From an uncultured Alphaproteobacteria bacterium (GTDB lineage: Bacteria; Pseudomonadota; Alphaproteobacteria; Rhizobiales; Xanthobacteraceae): DNA of 64,000 nucleotides. The notes under the pieces were generated by a model, which searched no databases, was not told where the DNA came from, and worked only from the letters and a program-made list of their open reading frames with translations. Where the stretch lies: NCBI GenBank assembly GCA_963805375.1, contig CAWDUB010000008.1, forward strand, positions 368,069 through 432,068, read 5' to 3'. Positions 1 through 14,344 of the stretch are shown piece after piece; position 1 is the stretch's first letter, and the number at the start of each line of letters is the position of its first letter. The translations under genes were made by a program, and so were the position numbers.

Positions 1-1238
1 AGATGCACGCCGAGCACGCGGTCGGTCTTGGCGTCGGCGAGGATTTTCACAAAACCGTCGGTGGTCATGTTGACCTTGGCGCGGCCGTTGGCGGTGAAGG
101 GAAACTTGCCGACATTGTAGGCGACGCCCGCCGCCTTCAATTCGTCTTCGCTTTTGCCGACAGTGGCGATTTCCGGATAGGTATAGACGACATTAGGGAT
201 GGCGTCGTAGTTCACGTGACCGGCCTGGCCGACGAGAATTTCGGCCACCGCCACGCCTTCGTCTTCCGCCTTGTGCGCCAGCATGGGCCCGGCGATGACG
301 TCGCCGATGGCCCAGATGCCGGGGACGTTGGTGGCGTAATGCGCGTCGACCGCGACGCGGCCGCGCTCGTCGAGCTTGACGCCGGCTTCCTTCAGGCCGA
401 GGCCTTCCGTGCAAGGCACGCGGCCGATGGCGACCAGCACCACGTCGGCTTCGATTGATTCCGCCGCGCCGCCTTTGGCCGGCTCGACGGTCGCCTTCAG
501 GCGCTTGCCGGAAGTATCGACAGCGGTGACTTTCGACGACAGCTTGAAGGTCAGGCCCTGTTTCTCGAACAGGCGCTGCGCATGGCGGCGCACTTCGGCG
601 TCCATGCCGGGCAAGACCCCGTCGAGGAATTCCACCACCGTCACTTGCGATCCAAGCCGGCGCCAGACCGAGCCGAGCTCCAGCCCGATGACACCGGCGC
701 CGACCACCAGCAGATGCTTGGGCACTTCAGCCAGCGCCAGCGCACCGGTCGAGGAGACGATGCGCTTTTCGTCGATGTCGATGCCCTTGAGGCGCGCCAC
801 GTCCGAGCCGGTGGCAATGACGATGGATTTAGTGTCGAGAACTTGCGTGCTGCCGTCGGCGCTCTTCACCTCGACCTTGCCGGGCGCGGTGATGCGGCCA
901 ACGCCGCGAAAGCTGTCCACTTTGTTCTTCTTGAGCAGAAAATCGACGCCTTTGACGTTGCCGTCGACGCCCTGCTCCTTGAACGCCATCATGGCTTTGA
1001 GATCGAGCTTGGGCGAAACGCCGATGCCCATCTTGGAAAATGAGTGGCCGGCTTCTTCAAACAGCTCGGAGGAATACAACAGCGCCTTGGACGGAATGCA
1101 GCCGATGTTGAGACAGGTGCCGCCGAAGGTCGGCATCTTCTCGACCACGGCGGTTTTCATGCCGAGCTGCGCCGCGCGAATGGCGCAGACATAGCCGCCG
1201 GGGCCGGTGCCGATGACGATGAGGTCGTAGGAGGACAT
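1..1238 (-). CDS. lpdA: Dihydrolipoyl dehydrogenase (E3); 3' end runs off the window
   Basis: Manual translation from ATG 1238: MSSYDLIVIGTGPGGYVCAIRAAQLG, then GGTCLNIGCIPSK redox disulfide; downstream of sucB. Confidence 0.96.
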   Translation of the reverse strand, partial: MSSYDLIVIGTGPGGYVCAIRAAQLGMKTAVVEKMPTFGGTCLNIGCIPSKALLYSSELFEEAGHSFSKMGIGVSPKLDLKAMMAFKEQGVDGNVKGVDFLLKKNKVDSFRGVGRITAPGKVEVKSADGSTQVLDTKSIVIATGSDVARLKGIDIDEKRIVSSTGALALAEVPKHLLVVGAGVIGLELGSVWRRLGSQVTVVEFLDGVLPGMDAEVRRHAQRLFEKQGLTFKLSSKVTAVDTSGKRLKATVEPAKGGAAESIEADVVLVAIGRVPCTEGLGLKEAGVKLDERGRVAVDAHYATNVPGIWAIGDVIAGPMLAHKAEDEGVAVAEILVGQAGHVNYDAIPNVVYTYPEIATVGKSEDELKAAGVAYNVGKFPFTANGRAKVNMTTDGFVKILADAKTDRVLGVH

Positions 1239-1255
1239 ATTCGTTAGCCCGCTGC

Positions 1256-1399
1256 TTCTTCACCTCTCCCCTTTGGGGAGAGGTCGATCCGAAGGCGAAG
1301 CCTGAGGATCGGGTGAGGGGGGACATAGCCAACGAGGAATGAGCCCCCTCACCCGCTCGCTTCGCTCGCGACCTCTCCCCAAAGGGGAGAGGTGAAGAA
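1256..1399. repeat. Family A double-hairpin palindromic element (non-autonomous)
   Basis: Perfect ~30-bp terminal inverted repeat ttcttcacctctcccctttggggagaggtc / gacctctccccaaaggggagaggtgaagaa plus inner gggtgagggg / cccctcaccc. Confidence 0.9.
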
Positions 1400-1405
1400 A
1401 GAGGC

Positions 1406-2624
<1,219 letters not shown>

Positions 2625-2655
2625 GGTCCCTGCTCGTTCAAATCCATTCTCGGGT

Positions 2656-2750
2656 GTCATCACCCGCGAAGGCGGGTGATCCAGTAGCCGCCGACGTCGC
2701 GATATCGCACCGGCGGTGATTACTGGGTCCCCGCTTTTCGCGGGGACGAC
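2656..2750. repeat. Family B (GTCAT/GTCGT-ended) REP-like double hairpin
   Basis: gtcatcacccgcgaaggcgggtgatccagta ... tactgggtccccgcttttcgcggggacgac. Confidence 0.88.
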
Positions 2751-2759
2751 GGCCTTTAT

Positions 2760-5730
2760 TTACCCCAGCGCCTCGTCGAGCAATTGCTTGAGCTGCGCCA
2801 CGTGTTTCGACATCTGCCCGACGGCGGTGGACGCCGACGCCGGACGCCCGGCATAGCGGCAAGTGCGATGCTCGGCGCCGATCTGGTTGAGCACCCAATT
2901 CAGGAAAACGTCGACGAAGAACCAGGCGCCCTGGTTGCGCGGTTCCTCCTGGCACCAGACCATCTCCGCCTGCTTGAAGCGCGACAGTTCGGTGACCAGC
3001 GCCTTGGAGGGGAACGGAAACAGCTGCTCGACACGCAGCAGATAGATGTCGTCGATGCCGCGCTGCTCGCGTTCCTCGTAGAGATCGAAATAGACCTTGC
3101 CGGTGCAGAGAATGACGCGGCGGATCTTGTCGTCGGGGACGAGCTTGATCTTCTCGTCCGGCAACATCTGCGCGTCGTCCCAGAGCAAGCGGTGGAACGA
3201 GGTGCCTTGCGCCATTTCGTCGAGGCGCGAGACCGCGCGCTTGTGGCGCAGCAGGCTCTTCGGCGTCATCAGGATCAGGGGCTTGCGGATTTCGCGTTTC
3301 AACTGGCGGCGCAAGGCGTGGAAGTAATTCGCCGGCGTGGTCAGATTGGCCACCTGCATATTGTCTTCCGCGCACATCTGCAGGAAGCGCTCAAGCCGGG
3401 CCGAGGAATGCTCCGGCCCCTGGCCCTCGTAGCCGTGCGGCAGCAGGCAGACCAGGCCGCACATGCGCAGCCACTTGCGCTCGCCCGAGGAAATGAACTG
3501 GTCGAACACTACCTGCGCGCCGTTGGCGAAGTCGCCGAACTGGGCTTCCCACAGGGTCAGCGCGTTCGGCTCGGCGGTCGAGTAGCCGTATTCGAAGCCG
3601 AGCACGGCCTCTTCCGACAGCATCGAGTTGAGCACCTCGTAGCGCGCCTGCTCGCCGCCGAGATTGTTGAACGGCGTATAACGCGCTTCGGTCTCCTGAT
3701 CGAACAGCACGGAATGGCGCTGCGAGAAGGTGCCGCGCTCGGAGTTCCTGTCCCGACAAACGAACCGGGCGTCCCTCCTTGAGCAGCGCGCAGAACGCGA
3801 GCGCCTCGGCGGTCGCCCAGTCGATGCCGACCCCCAATTCGATCGTCTTGGCGCGGTGGTCGAGGAAGCGCTGAATGGTGCGGTGGACGTGGAAGTCCTT
3901 CGGCACGACGGTGATCTTCTTGCCGATCTCGTGCAGCGTCTCGAGCGCGATGCCGGTGTCGCCGCGGCGCGGATCGTCGGCGTCGCGCGCCGCCTTCAGG
4001 CCGGACCAGCGGCCGTCGAGCCAATCGGCCTTGTTGGGCTTGTAGCCACCGCCCGCCTCGAATTCGGCTTCCAGCCGCGCGCGCCAATCGGCGCGCATTT
4101 TGTCGACTTCGCCGGCGGTGACGACGCCTTCGTCGATCAGCTTCTTGCTGTAGATCTCCTGCGTCGTCGGATGCGAACGGATCTTCTTGTACATCAGCGG
4201 CTGGGTGAACGCCGGCTCGTCGCCTTCGTTGTGGCCGAAGCGGCGGTAGCAGAACATGTCGATGACCACCGGCCGCTGGAATTTCATGCGGTACTCGGTG
4301 GCAACCTTGGCCGCGAACACCACCGCCTCCGGATCGTCGCCGTTGACGTGGAAGATCAGCGCCTCGATCATCTTGGCGACGTCGGAGGGATAGGGCGAGG
4401 AGCGCGAGTAGCGCGGATAGGTGGTGAAGCCGATCTGGTTGTTGACGATGAAATGCACCGAACCGCCGGTGCGGTAGCCTTTAAGATCGGACAGGCCGAA
4501 GCATTCCGCCACCACGCCCTGCCCGGCAAACGCCGCGTCGCCGTGCATCAACAGCGGCAAGACCATGGTGCGGTCTTCCGGCGTGGCGTTGTGCTGATCC
4601 TGTTTGGCGCGCGCCTTGCCGAGCGTCACCGGATCGACGATTTCCAGATGCGAGGGGTTGGCGGTGAGCGACAGATGCACCTTGTTGCCGTCGAACTCGC
4701 GGTCGGAGGAAGCGCCGAGGTGATATTTGACGTCGCCGGAGCCTTCGATCTCGTCCGGCGTCGCCGAGCCGCCCTTGAACTCGTGGAACAGCGCGCGGTG
4801 CGGCTTGCCCATGACCTGCGTGAGCACGTTGAGCCGGCCGCGGTGCGGCATGCCGAGCACGATTTCCTGCACGCCGAGATTGCCGCCGCGCTTGATGATC
4901 TGCTCGAGCGCCGGGATCAGCAATTCGGCGCCGTCGAGGCCGAAGCGCTTAGTGCCGGTATATTTGACGTCGAGGAATTTCTCGAAGCCTTCCGCCTCGA
5001 TCAGCTTGTTGAGGATGGCGCGCTTGCCTTCGCGGGTGAACTGAATTTCCTTGTCCTTGCCCTCGATGCGCTCCTGGATCCAGCCTTTCTGCGCGGCGTT
5101 GGAGATGTGCATAAACTCGACGCCCAGCGTCTGGCAATAAGTGCGGCGCAGGATGGTGACGATCTCGCGCATCGACGCGAATTCGAGGCCGAGCACCATG
5201 TCGAGGAAAATCTTGCGGTCGAGATCGGCTTCGGTGAAGCCGTAGGAGCGCGGATCGAGTTCCTCCTCGTTCGGCACCGCCTGCAGCCCAAGCGGATCGA
5301 GATTGGCGTGGAAGTGGCCGCGCATGCGGTAGGCGCGGATCAGCATCAGCGCGTGGATGGAATCGCGCGTCGCCTGCTGCACATGGGTCGGGGATATCTC
5401 GACGCCTTTGGCTTGCGCCAAAGTTCCCAATTTGGCCTTGATCTTGTCGCCAATCGCCTTTTCGGTTTCGGCCCAATTGCCGTCGAGCGCGGCGACCAGG
5501 TCGCCGTTGGCGCGCAGCGGCCAGTTCGGCTTCTGCCAGGAAGCGCCGCGCGCGCTCTTGACGACGTCGGCTGCCTCGTCCTTCAGGCTCTGGAAAAACG
5601 CGCGCCATTCGGCGTCGACCGCGGCGGGGTCTTTTTCGTATTTGGCGTAGAGGTCTTCGATGTAGGCGGCGTTGCCGCCGTAGAGGAACGAAGTGCGGGC
5701 GAAGGCGGCGTTGGCGTCCTGGCGGGACAT
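2760..5730 (-). CDS. sucA: 2-oxoglutarate dehydrogenase E1; apparent +1 frameshift at ~3745
   Basis: ORFs 3391..5730 and 2760..3710 join; motifs [32 protein letters not shown]; deleting one base restores SGQDSERGTF. Confidence 0.96.
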
Positions 5731-5865
5731 GGTCGGTTTGATCCTTGCGGGATTGGAAACCCGCGGCTACGGCGGCCGGACCCTAATCGGCCCGTAGCCG
5801 CCCGGCGTTATTGTTTCAACTCCATTTATGACGTCTGTAAGTCGATTAAAGGCCGAAAGACTAAA

Positions 5866-6750
5866 TCAGGACTTCAGCACTTCTACCAGCGTTTTCCCGA
5901 TCCGGGCCGGCGACGGTGATACCCTAATTCCAGCCAATTCCATTGCCGCAATTTTGGACTCGGCGTCGCCTTTGCCGCCGGAAATGATGGCCCCGGCATG
6001 GCCCATGCGGCGCCCCGGCGGCGCCGTGCGCCCGGCGATAAACCCGACCATCGGCTTCTTGCGCCCGCGCTTGGCTTCGTCTTTGAGGAATTGCGCCGCG
6101 TCCTCTTCGGCCGAGCCGCCGATTTCGCCGATCATGACAATGGATTCGGTCTTTGGATCGGCGAGAAACATTTCCAGCACGGCGATGAATTCGGTGCCCT
6201 TGACCGGATCGCCGCCGATGCCGACCGCGGTGGTCTGCCCCAAGCCTTCGCGGCTGGTCTGGAACACGGCTTCGTAGGTAAGCGTGCCGGAGCGCGAGAC
6301 GATACCGACTTTGCCCGGCTTGAAGATGTTGCCCGGCATGATGCCGATCTTGCATTCGCCCGCCGTCATCACGCCCGGACAGTTCGGGCCGATTAGCCGC
6401 GATTTCGAGCCGGAGAGCGCGCGCTTGACCTTGACCATATCGGCAACCGGGATGCCTTCGGTGATGCAGACGATCAACGGTATCTCGGCCTGGATCGCTT
6501 CGCATATCGCATCGGCGGCGCCCGCCGGCGGCACATAGACGACGCTGGCGTCGCAGCCGGTTTTTTCCTTTGCTTCCGCCACGGTATCGAACACGGGCAG
6601 ATTGAGATGGGCGCCGCCGCCTTTGCCCGGCGAGGTGCCGCCGACCATCTTGGTGCCGTAGTCGATGGCCGCCTGCGAATGGAAGGTGCCATTCTTGCCG
6701 GTGAAGCCCTGGCACAGCACCTTGGTGTTCTTGTCGATGAGGATGGCCAT
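5866..6750 (-). CDS. sucD: Succinyl-CoA synthetase alpha subunit
   Basis: [28 protein letters not shown] phospho-His motif. Confidence 0.98.
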   Translation of the reverse strand: MAILIDKNTKVLCQGFTGKNGTFHSQAAIDYGTKMVGGTSPGKGGGAHLNLPVFDTVAEAKEKTGCDASVVYVPPAGAADAICEAIQAEIPLIVCITEGIPVADMVKVKRALSGSKSRLIGPNCPGVMTAGECKIGIMPGNIFKPGKVGIVSRSGTLTYEAVFQTSREGLGQTTAVGIGGDPVKGTEFIAVLEMFLADPKTESIVMIGEIGGSAEEDAAQFLKDEAKRGRKKPMVGFIAGRTAPPGRRMGHAGAIISGGKGDAESKIAAMELAGIRVSPSPARIGKTLVEVLKS

Positions 6751-7279
6751 CAGGCGCGGCCTTTCGCTTTCTCACCTCCCCCCGAAAGGGGGAGGTCGGC
6801 GCGCCAGCGCCGGGTGGGGGTCACTTCAGACGCGCGCAATTCGGTAATTTTCGTTGCAATGGATTCCAGCACGCCCGTCAAATTTTGACTCACATCGGTG
6901 TTCCAGAATCGGAGTAAAGTCACGCCGCGTTCAGCAAGCCAGTGTGCTCGCTCTCGATCCCGCGATATTGCATTCGTTTGCGCATGCTGGCCGCCATCCA
7001 ATTCGATTGCGAGCCGCAGTGCCGGCGAATAAAAATCGAGAACAAAGGAACCAGCGGGGTGCTGACGTCGGAAATCCACGCCGAGCTGACGATCTCGAAG
7101 CTTTTGCCACAACTGCATTTCGACTTCTGTCAAATTATGGCGCAAGCGACGCGCTCGTTCGGTTTTGACTGTTGTGCGATTGAACCGAGAGACCGATTTG
7201 ACCCCCACCCGGCTCGCTTCGCGAGCCGACCTCCCCCTTTCAGGGGGAGGTTCAGGAGTGCCGAATTCGCGCGCGGACA

Positions 7280-7283
<4 letters not shown>
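6750..7283 (-). CDS. DUF559 (Vsr-like PD-(D/E)xK) endonuclease domain protein
   Basis: RARRLR..T..E..LW..LR, FRRQHP, DFY...[23 protein letters not shown]; atypical codon usage. Confidence 0.88.
6774..7251. mobile_element. Putative autonomous family A element: DUF559 core between ~50-bp terminal inverted repeats (6774-6823, 7199-7251)
   Basis: Left acctccccccgaaagggggaggtcggc..gccgggtgggggtca versus reverse complement of right acctccccctgaaagggggaggtcggc..gccgggtgggggtca; mobility is inferred. Confidence 0.7.
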
Positions 7284-8449
<1,166 letters not shown>

Positions 8450-8484
8450 GGAAGCTTTCCGGGCGTTGTCGCCGGCGCTGGTCT

Positions 8485-9498
<1,014 letters not shown>

Positions 9499-9633
9499 TT
9501 AACAATTTTTGCTGTGCTGCAGCAATATGCCCCCGGACCAAAATCGATCGTGTATACATAATACCAACAGACGCATGGTCCCGAGTCCAGCGCAAATTGC
9601 AGCCGACGAAAGATCAGGTGACTTCGCGTCGGA

Positions 9634-10380
9634 TCATCGCTTGTGCCGGCCCATGTCCTGCATGATCTCAAGTTGAATCTGCTGAATTTCCGCCAGCCGC
9701 TCCCATTGCCGGTTGATCAGGTGGTCGATTTTTTCGTGCAGGTTGCGGATTTCCAGCTCGGCCTTGAGATTGACCCGGTAATCGTTCTCCGAGCGCAGCC
9801 GGTCCTTCGCCTCCTGCCGCTTCTGGCTCATCATGATGATCGGCGCCTGAATTGCCGCCAGACAGGACAGCACCAGATTGAGCAAGATGAATGGGTATGG
9901 GTCGAAGACCGCGCGCGACACCGCCCAGACATTGTATGCCATCCACACCACCAGCACGGCGAAGAAGGCGCCGATGAAGGTCCAACTGCCGCCGAAATCG
10001 GCGACCACGTCGGCGACGCGCTCGCCGACGGTGCGGTGGGTGTCCCAAGCGGTCTCGACGTCGCGGGCTATCGTTTCTTCGTTGGCCAGGCTTTCGACCA
10101 CCTGACGATCCAAGTCGGACAACTCGCCGCGCTCGCGCTCGAGCAAATCCGCGACATAGCGGTTGCGGTAGTCGCTGACGTGGCTCTCACACACCACGTC
10201 GTCCGCCGTGAGATTGGGATGTTCGGCGCTCATCAGGCCGGTGATGGCGGGCCGCACCGAGCCAAAGCGTATCGGCACGCGCGCTTCCTTGCCGCAAAGG
10301 GCACAATGGGCGCGCGGCCGTTTGTGCGGCGGTGACACGGGCGCCGAAGGTGAACTAGGGGTCTGATCCGGCATGGCCAT
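9634..10380 (-). CDS. DUF1003 family membrane protein
   Basis: FGGSW, FDPYPFILLNLVLSCLAAIQAPIIMMSQKRQ motifs. Confidence 0.85.
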   Translation of the reverse strand: MAMPDQTPSSPSAPVSPPHKRPRAHCALCGKEARVPIRFGSVRPAITGLMSAEHPNLTADDVVCESHVSDYRNRYVADLLERERGELSDLDRQVVESLANEETIARDVETAWDTHRTVGERVADVVADFGGSWTFIGAFFAVLVVWMAYNVWAVSRAVFDPYPFILLNLVLSCLAAIQAPIIMMSQKRQEAKDRLRSENDYRVNLKAELEIRNLHEKIDHLINRQWERLAEIQQIQLEIMQDMGRHKR

Positions 10381-10401
10381 CTCCGCTGAGAGAATGACGC
10401 G

Positions 10402-11577
10402 TCAAGTCTCCACGATCTTATCCGACCAGTCCAAGCCTTGCGCCTGGCGCGGACCGTGCGGCAGGCCAAGATAGGACTGTGAGCGCATTTCGATCAGGCG
10501 CGAGGCGGTGCGTTTGAATTCCAGCGCCTCGAAGCCCTCGGTGCCGCGATAAAGCTCATCCGGCTGCGCCTGCGCCGAAGCGAGCAGCTTCACGGCATGG
10601 TCATACAGCGTATCGATGAGGATGATAAAGCGTTTGGCTTCGTTGCGCTGCGCGACATCCATGACCGGGATGTGGTCGACGATGAGGGTGTGGAATTCAT
10701 GCGCGATCTTGAGGTAGTCGGACGCCGCCAGCGGCTGCGCGCATAGATCGCCGAACGAAAACCGTGCGATCCCCATCGCGGCCTGCGGCACTTTCACCGC
10801 GCGCCCCTTGACCATCAGTTCGAGCGGCACGCCGGCGCCATCGCCGGCGAGCCGCCGCCAGGCTCGATCGAGCGCGGCCTCGGCCGCCGCATCGTCGGGC
10901 ACGTACCAGGTCTGCACGCCGGTCAGCTTCTCCAAACGGAAGTCGGCGCGCGCGTCCAGCCGCACCACGTCGCAATGCTGCTCCAGCAGGCCGATGAAGG
11001 GCAGAAACAGCGCGCGGTTGAGGCCGTCTTTGTACAGCTCGCCCGGCGGCAGATTGGATGTGGCCACCACGACCACGCCGAGCTCGAACAGCCGCGTGAA
11101 CAGCCGGGCGAGGATCATGGCGTCGGCAATATCGGTGACATGAAATTCGTCGAAGCACAGCAACCAGGCTTCGTCGGCCAGAACGGCGGCGGCGCGCTGG
11201 ATCGGATCCTGATCGGGGATCGCGCCGTTCTTGATGTCCTGCCGGTAGCCGTGAACGCGTTCATGGACGTCCGCCATGAATTCGTGGAAATGCACGCGGC
11301 GCTTGTGCGCGACCGGATTGGTTTCGAAAAACAAATCCATCAGCATGGTTTTGCCGCGGCCGACGTCGCCATGGACGTAAAGGCCTTTCAACGGCTCGCG
11401 CTTGTCGCGCTTGGCAAACAGCCAGCCGAGGGATGATGATTTTCGCGCCAGGTGGTGCTGCTCGAGACGGCGTTCGAGCGCAACCAGCCGCTCGGCGAGC
11501 GCGGCCTGGCCGGCGTCGGCCTCGATCTTGTCGGCGTTCACAAGCGCTGCGTAGCGCGTGCTGAATGTTTCGGGCAT
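10402..11577 (-). CDS. zapE: AFG1/ZapE family ATPase
   Basis: GLYVHGDVGRGKTMLMD, CFDEFHVTDIADAMIL, RTASRLIEM. Confidence 0.92.
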   Translation of the reverse strand: MPETFSTRYAALVNADKIEADAGQAALAERLVALERRLEQHHLARKSSSLGWLFAKRDKREPLKGLYVHGDVGRGKTMLMDLFFETNPVAHKRRVHFHEFMADVHERVHGYRQDIKNGAIPDQDPIQRAAAVLADEAWLLCFDEFHVTDIADAMILARLFTRLFELGVVVVATSNLPPGELYKDGLNRALFLPFIGLLEQHCDVVRLDARADFRLEKLTGVQTWYVPDDAAAEAALDRAWRRLAGDGAGVPLELMVKGRAVKVPQAAMGIARFSFGDLCAQPLAASDYLKIAHEFHTLIVDHIPVMDVAQRNEAKRFIILIDTLYDHAVKLLASAQAQPDELYRGTEGFEALEFKRTASRLIEMRSQSYLGLPHGPRQAQGLDWSDKIVET

Positions 11578-11820
11578 TGGCGCTTGAGAAATCGCGGGAA
11601 CCGGCGGGCGGGAAACTAGGTCATTTTTGCTTCGCAAAAAAGCAATGTTAACACTTTATTAGCCATGCGTTTTTCGCTGGTTAGGCCTTCCTGTGGGCCG
11701 ACTTCAGTCGCGTTTTTGCTGCATTGCACCATATAACATCAGGGGGCGAGTCGCGGAGCGATCCGCGCTTTGCCAGGGAAACGTTCGCGCGCAGGGCTTG
11801 TGACAATGAAGGAGACCGAC

Positions 11821-12396
11821 ATGAGCGAGCCTTTGCCCGACAACGGCATCATCCGCAAACTGTGGATCAGCGAGACCGAGGCCTACCGCGACCACCTGTT
11901 GCGCCTCGACCGTGACAGCAGGCATCGGCGCTTTTCCGGCGCGGTGTCGGTCGACTTTCTCGCCCGCCACGCGGCGACGGCCAACGAGGTCGGCGTCGTG
12001 GTGCACGGATTTTTCGTCGACGGCACTTTGCGCGGAGCCGGCGAACTGCGCCGCATCGGCTCGGTGTTCGCGCGCCGCGCCGAAGCCGCCTTCAGCGTCG
12101 AACAGCCCTGGCAGAGCCAAGGCGTCGGAACCGTGCTGCTCGAGCGCACACTGTTGAGCGCGCGCAACCGCGGCATCAATGCCTTGCACATGCATTGTCT
12201 CGCCGACAATCGGCGCATGCAGCAACTGGCGCGCAAATTTGCCGCCGATCTTGCTTTCGATTTCGGCAGTGTGGTGGGAGAAGTCGGCGCGGCGCGTTTC
12301 ACGCCGCTGTCGCTGATGCGCGAGGCGCTGGCCGACGCCGACGGCGTCGCTCACATGATCCTCGACGCGCAGACGCGGATGTTGCGGACGGCGTAG
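11821..12396 (+). CDS. GNAT family N-acetyltransferase
   Basis: EAAFSVEQPWQSQGVGT acetyl-CoA motif; ggag SD upstream. Confidence 0.8.
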   Translation: MSEPLPDNGIIRKLWISETEAYRDHLLRLDRDSRHRRFSGAVSVDFLARHAATANEVGVVVHGFFVDGTLRGAGELRRIGSVFARRAEAAFSVEQPWQSQGVGTVLLERTLLSARNRGINALHMHCLADNRRMQQLARKFAADLAFDFGSVVGEVGAARFTPLSLMREALADADGVAHMILDAQTRMLRTA

Positions 12397-12398
12397 CT

Positions 12399-12935
12399 TC
12401 AGGCGCTCAGCGGATAGCTCGCCTCGACCACGTAGGGCCCGCCGCCGACCGAAGCGCGCGAGGAAAACAGCACAAAATGCGAGACGCGGAACGGCGAAGT
12501 GCGGAAATAGCCGCGCGCCGACAAATAGTCCGCAACCTCAAAGCTCGACGAATCGCGCAAGCGCGCCAGCGTCACGTGCGGGGTATATTTGCGGCCTTCC
12601 GGCTCCAGCCCGATGCGCTGCATCAAGCGCTCGTGTTCGGCCTGCACCTCGAGCAGCGGCTGCGCCGGCGCCACCGCGGCGATGACGGCGCGCGGCTTAC
12701 GCCCGCCGAACGACGTCACGCCGTCGAGATGCAATTCGAAGGCGTTGCGCTTGACCCGGCCGAGCATGGAGGCGACCTCGTGCGCGGTCACGTCATCGAC
12801 ATCGCCGATGAAGCGCAGCGTCAAATGATAGTTTTGCGGATCGATCCAGCGCGCGCCCGGCAGGCCGCCGCGCAAGCTTGCCAGCGCCTGGCCGACATCC
12901 GGCGGGATTTCGACACCGGTAAAGAGCCGCGGCAT
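12399..12935 (-). CDS. thpR: RNA 2',3'-cyclic phosphodiesterase (2H phosphoesterase)
   Basis: MPRLF start; two HxT motifs (HLTLRF, PHVTLAR). Confidence 0.9.
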   Translation of the reverse strand: MPRLFTGVEIPPDVGQALASLRGGLPGARWIDPQNYHLTLRFIGDVDDVTAHEVASMLGRVKRNAFELHLDGVTSFGGRKPRAVIAAVAPAQPLLEVQAEHERLMQRIGLEPEGRKYTPHVTLARLRDSSSFEVADYLSARGYFRTSPFRVSHFVLFSSRASVGGGPYVVEASYPLSA

Positions 12936-12948
12936 TGCAATTCTCGTC

Positions 12949-13650
12949 TCAAGATCCGCGCGCCGTACGCGCACGGGCAATCAGCTCCTCGACCTGCGGC
13001 AGCATCCGTCCCACGATCATGTCGACCCCGGCGGCATTGGGATGCAGGCCATCGGCCTGGTTGAGCTTGGGATCGGCCGCCACGCCGTCAAGGAAGAATG
13101 GATAAAAGACGACGTGGTGAGTCGAGGCAAGCGCCGGATAGATGGCATCGAAATCGCGCCCATAATCCGGGCCCATATTGCGCGGCGCCTTCATGCCGGC
13201 GAGCAAGACAGAAATATGACGCGCGTCGAGCTTACGCAAAATCCCTTCGAGCGCGGTCTTGGTGATCTTCGGATCGATGCCGCGCAACGCGTCATTGGCG
13301 CCGAGTTCGACAATGACCGCGTCGGTATCCGCCGGCACCGACCAGTCGAGCCGGCCAAGTCCACCGGATGCGGTGTCGCCGGAGACACCGGCATTGGTGA
13401 CGGTCGCAGCAACGCCCTTGGCTTTGAGGGCTTGAGCGAGCTTTGCCGGGAACGCCGCGCTCGCCGTCAGCCCGAAGCCGGCGGTGAGCGAATCGCCCAA
13501 CACCACCAGCTTGACCGGCCGATCGCCGGCCGCCACGGCAACGGCAGGCAAAAGCGCCAAAAGGCCGGTGATCAATGCCGTGCATGCAAGCCGCTGGACC
13601 CGGGCGGGTTTTGTCCCATATGAGCGGGGTCGTGATCGGTAGAACCGCAT
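12949..13650 (-). CDS. tesA: SGNH arylesterase / acyl-CoA thioesterase I (start uncertain)
   Basis: GDSLTAG, NAGVSGDT, ELGAND, DGLHP; divergent and overlapping with ybbA-like gene. Confidence 0.85.
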   Translation of the reverse strand: MRFYRSRPRSYGTKPARVQRLACTALITGLLALLPAVAVAAGDRPVKLVVLGDSLTAGFGLTASAAFPAKLAQALKAKGVAATVTNAGVSGDTASGGLGRLDWSVPADTDAVIVELGANDALRGIDPKITKTALEGILRKLDARHISVLLAGMKAPRNMGPDYGRDFDAIYPALASTHHVVFYPFFLDGVAADPKLNQADGLHPNAAGVDMIVGRMLPQVEELIARARTARGS

Positions 13651-14344
13651 GAAGGCACCTTCAACGCAGCCGGCTATTGCGCTGGCCGGCGTCAACCTGT
13701 CGCTCGGGCAGGGCGCCGCCCGCGTCCATATCCTCAAAGACATCGACCTCAATATAGGCAGCGGCGAGGCGATCGGCCTCATCGGTCCGTCCGGCTCCGG
13801 CAAGTCGACGCTGCTGATGGTGATGGCAGGCCTCGAGCGCGCCGATACCGGCTCGGTCATGGTCGCCGGCGAGGACTTGAATGCGCTCGACGAGGACGCG
13901 CTGGCGCGCTTTCGCGGCCGCAATGTCGGCATCGTCTTCCAGTCGTTTCATCTCATTCCCACGATGACCGCGCTGGAGAACGTCGCCGTGCCGCTGGAGC
14001 TCGCCGGCATCGCCGACGCGGACGCCCGCGCGCGTAGTGAGCTGGCCGGTGTGGGCTTAAGCGAGCGGCTGCATCACTATCCGGCGCAACTCTCCGGCGG
14101 CGAGCAGCAGCGCGTGGCGCTCGCCCGCGCGCTGGCGCCCAATCCCGCCATCATGGTGGCCGACGAGCCAACCGGAAATCTCGACGAGGACACCGGCAAG
14201 GAAGTCATCGATCTGTTGTTCGCCGGTCATGCCGAGCGCGGCACCACGCTGGTGCTGGTCACGCACGATCCGGCGCTGGCGACGCGCTGCGGCCGCGTGA
14301 TCCGGCTGCGCTCGGGACATATCGACGGAAAGGGCACACTATGA
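13649..14344 (+). CDS. ABC transporter ATP-binding protein (YbbA-like)
   Basis: [24 protein letters not shown]. Confidence 0.92.
   Translation: MKAPSTQPAIALAGVNLSLGQGAARVHILKDIDLNIGSGEAIGLIGPSGSGKSTLLMVMAGLERADTGSVMVAGEDLNALDEDALARFRGRNVGIVFQSFHLIPTMTALENVAVPLELAGIADADARARSELAGVGLSERLHHYPAQLSGGEQQRVALARALAPNPAIMVADEPTGNLDEDTGKEVIDLLFAGHAERGTTLVLVTHDPALATRCGRVIRLRSGHIDGKGTL

Noticed and set aside
2760-5730. sucA and sucB as pseudogenes or programmed frameshifts
   Set aside because: Single-base insertions at GANTC sites, no slippery sequence, and otherwise intact core genes; an artefact is far more likely.
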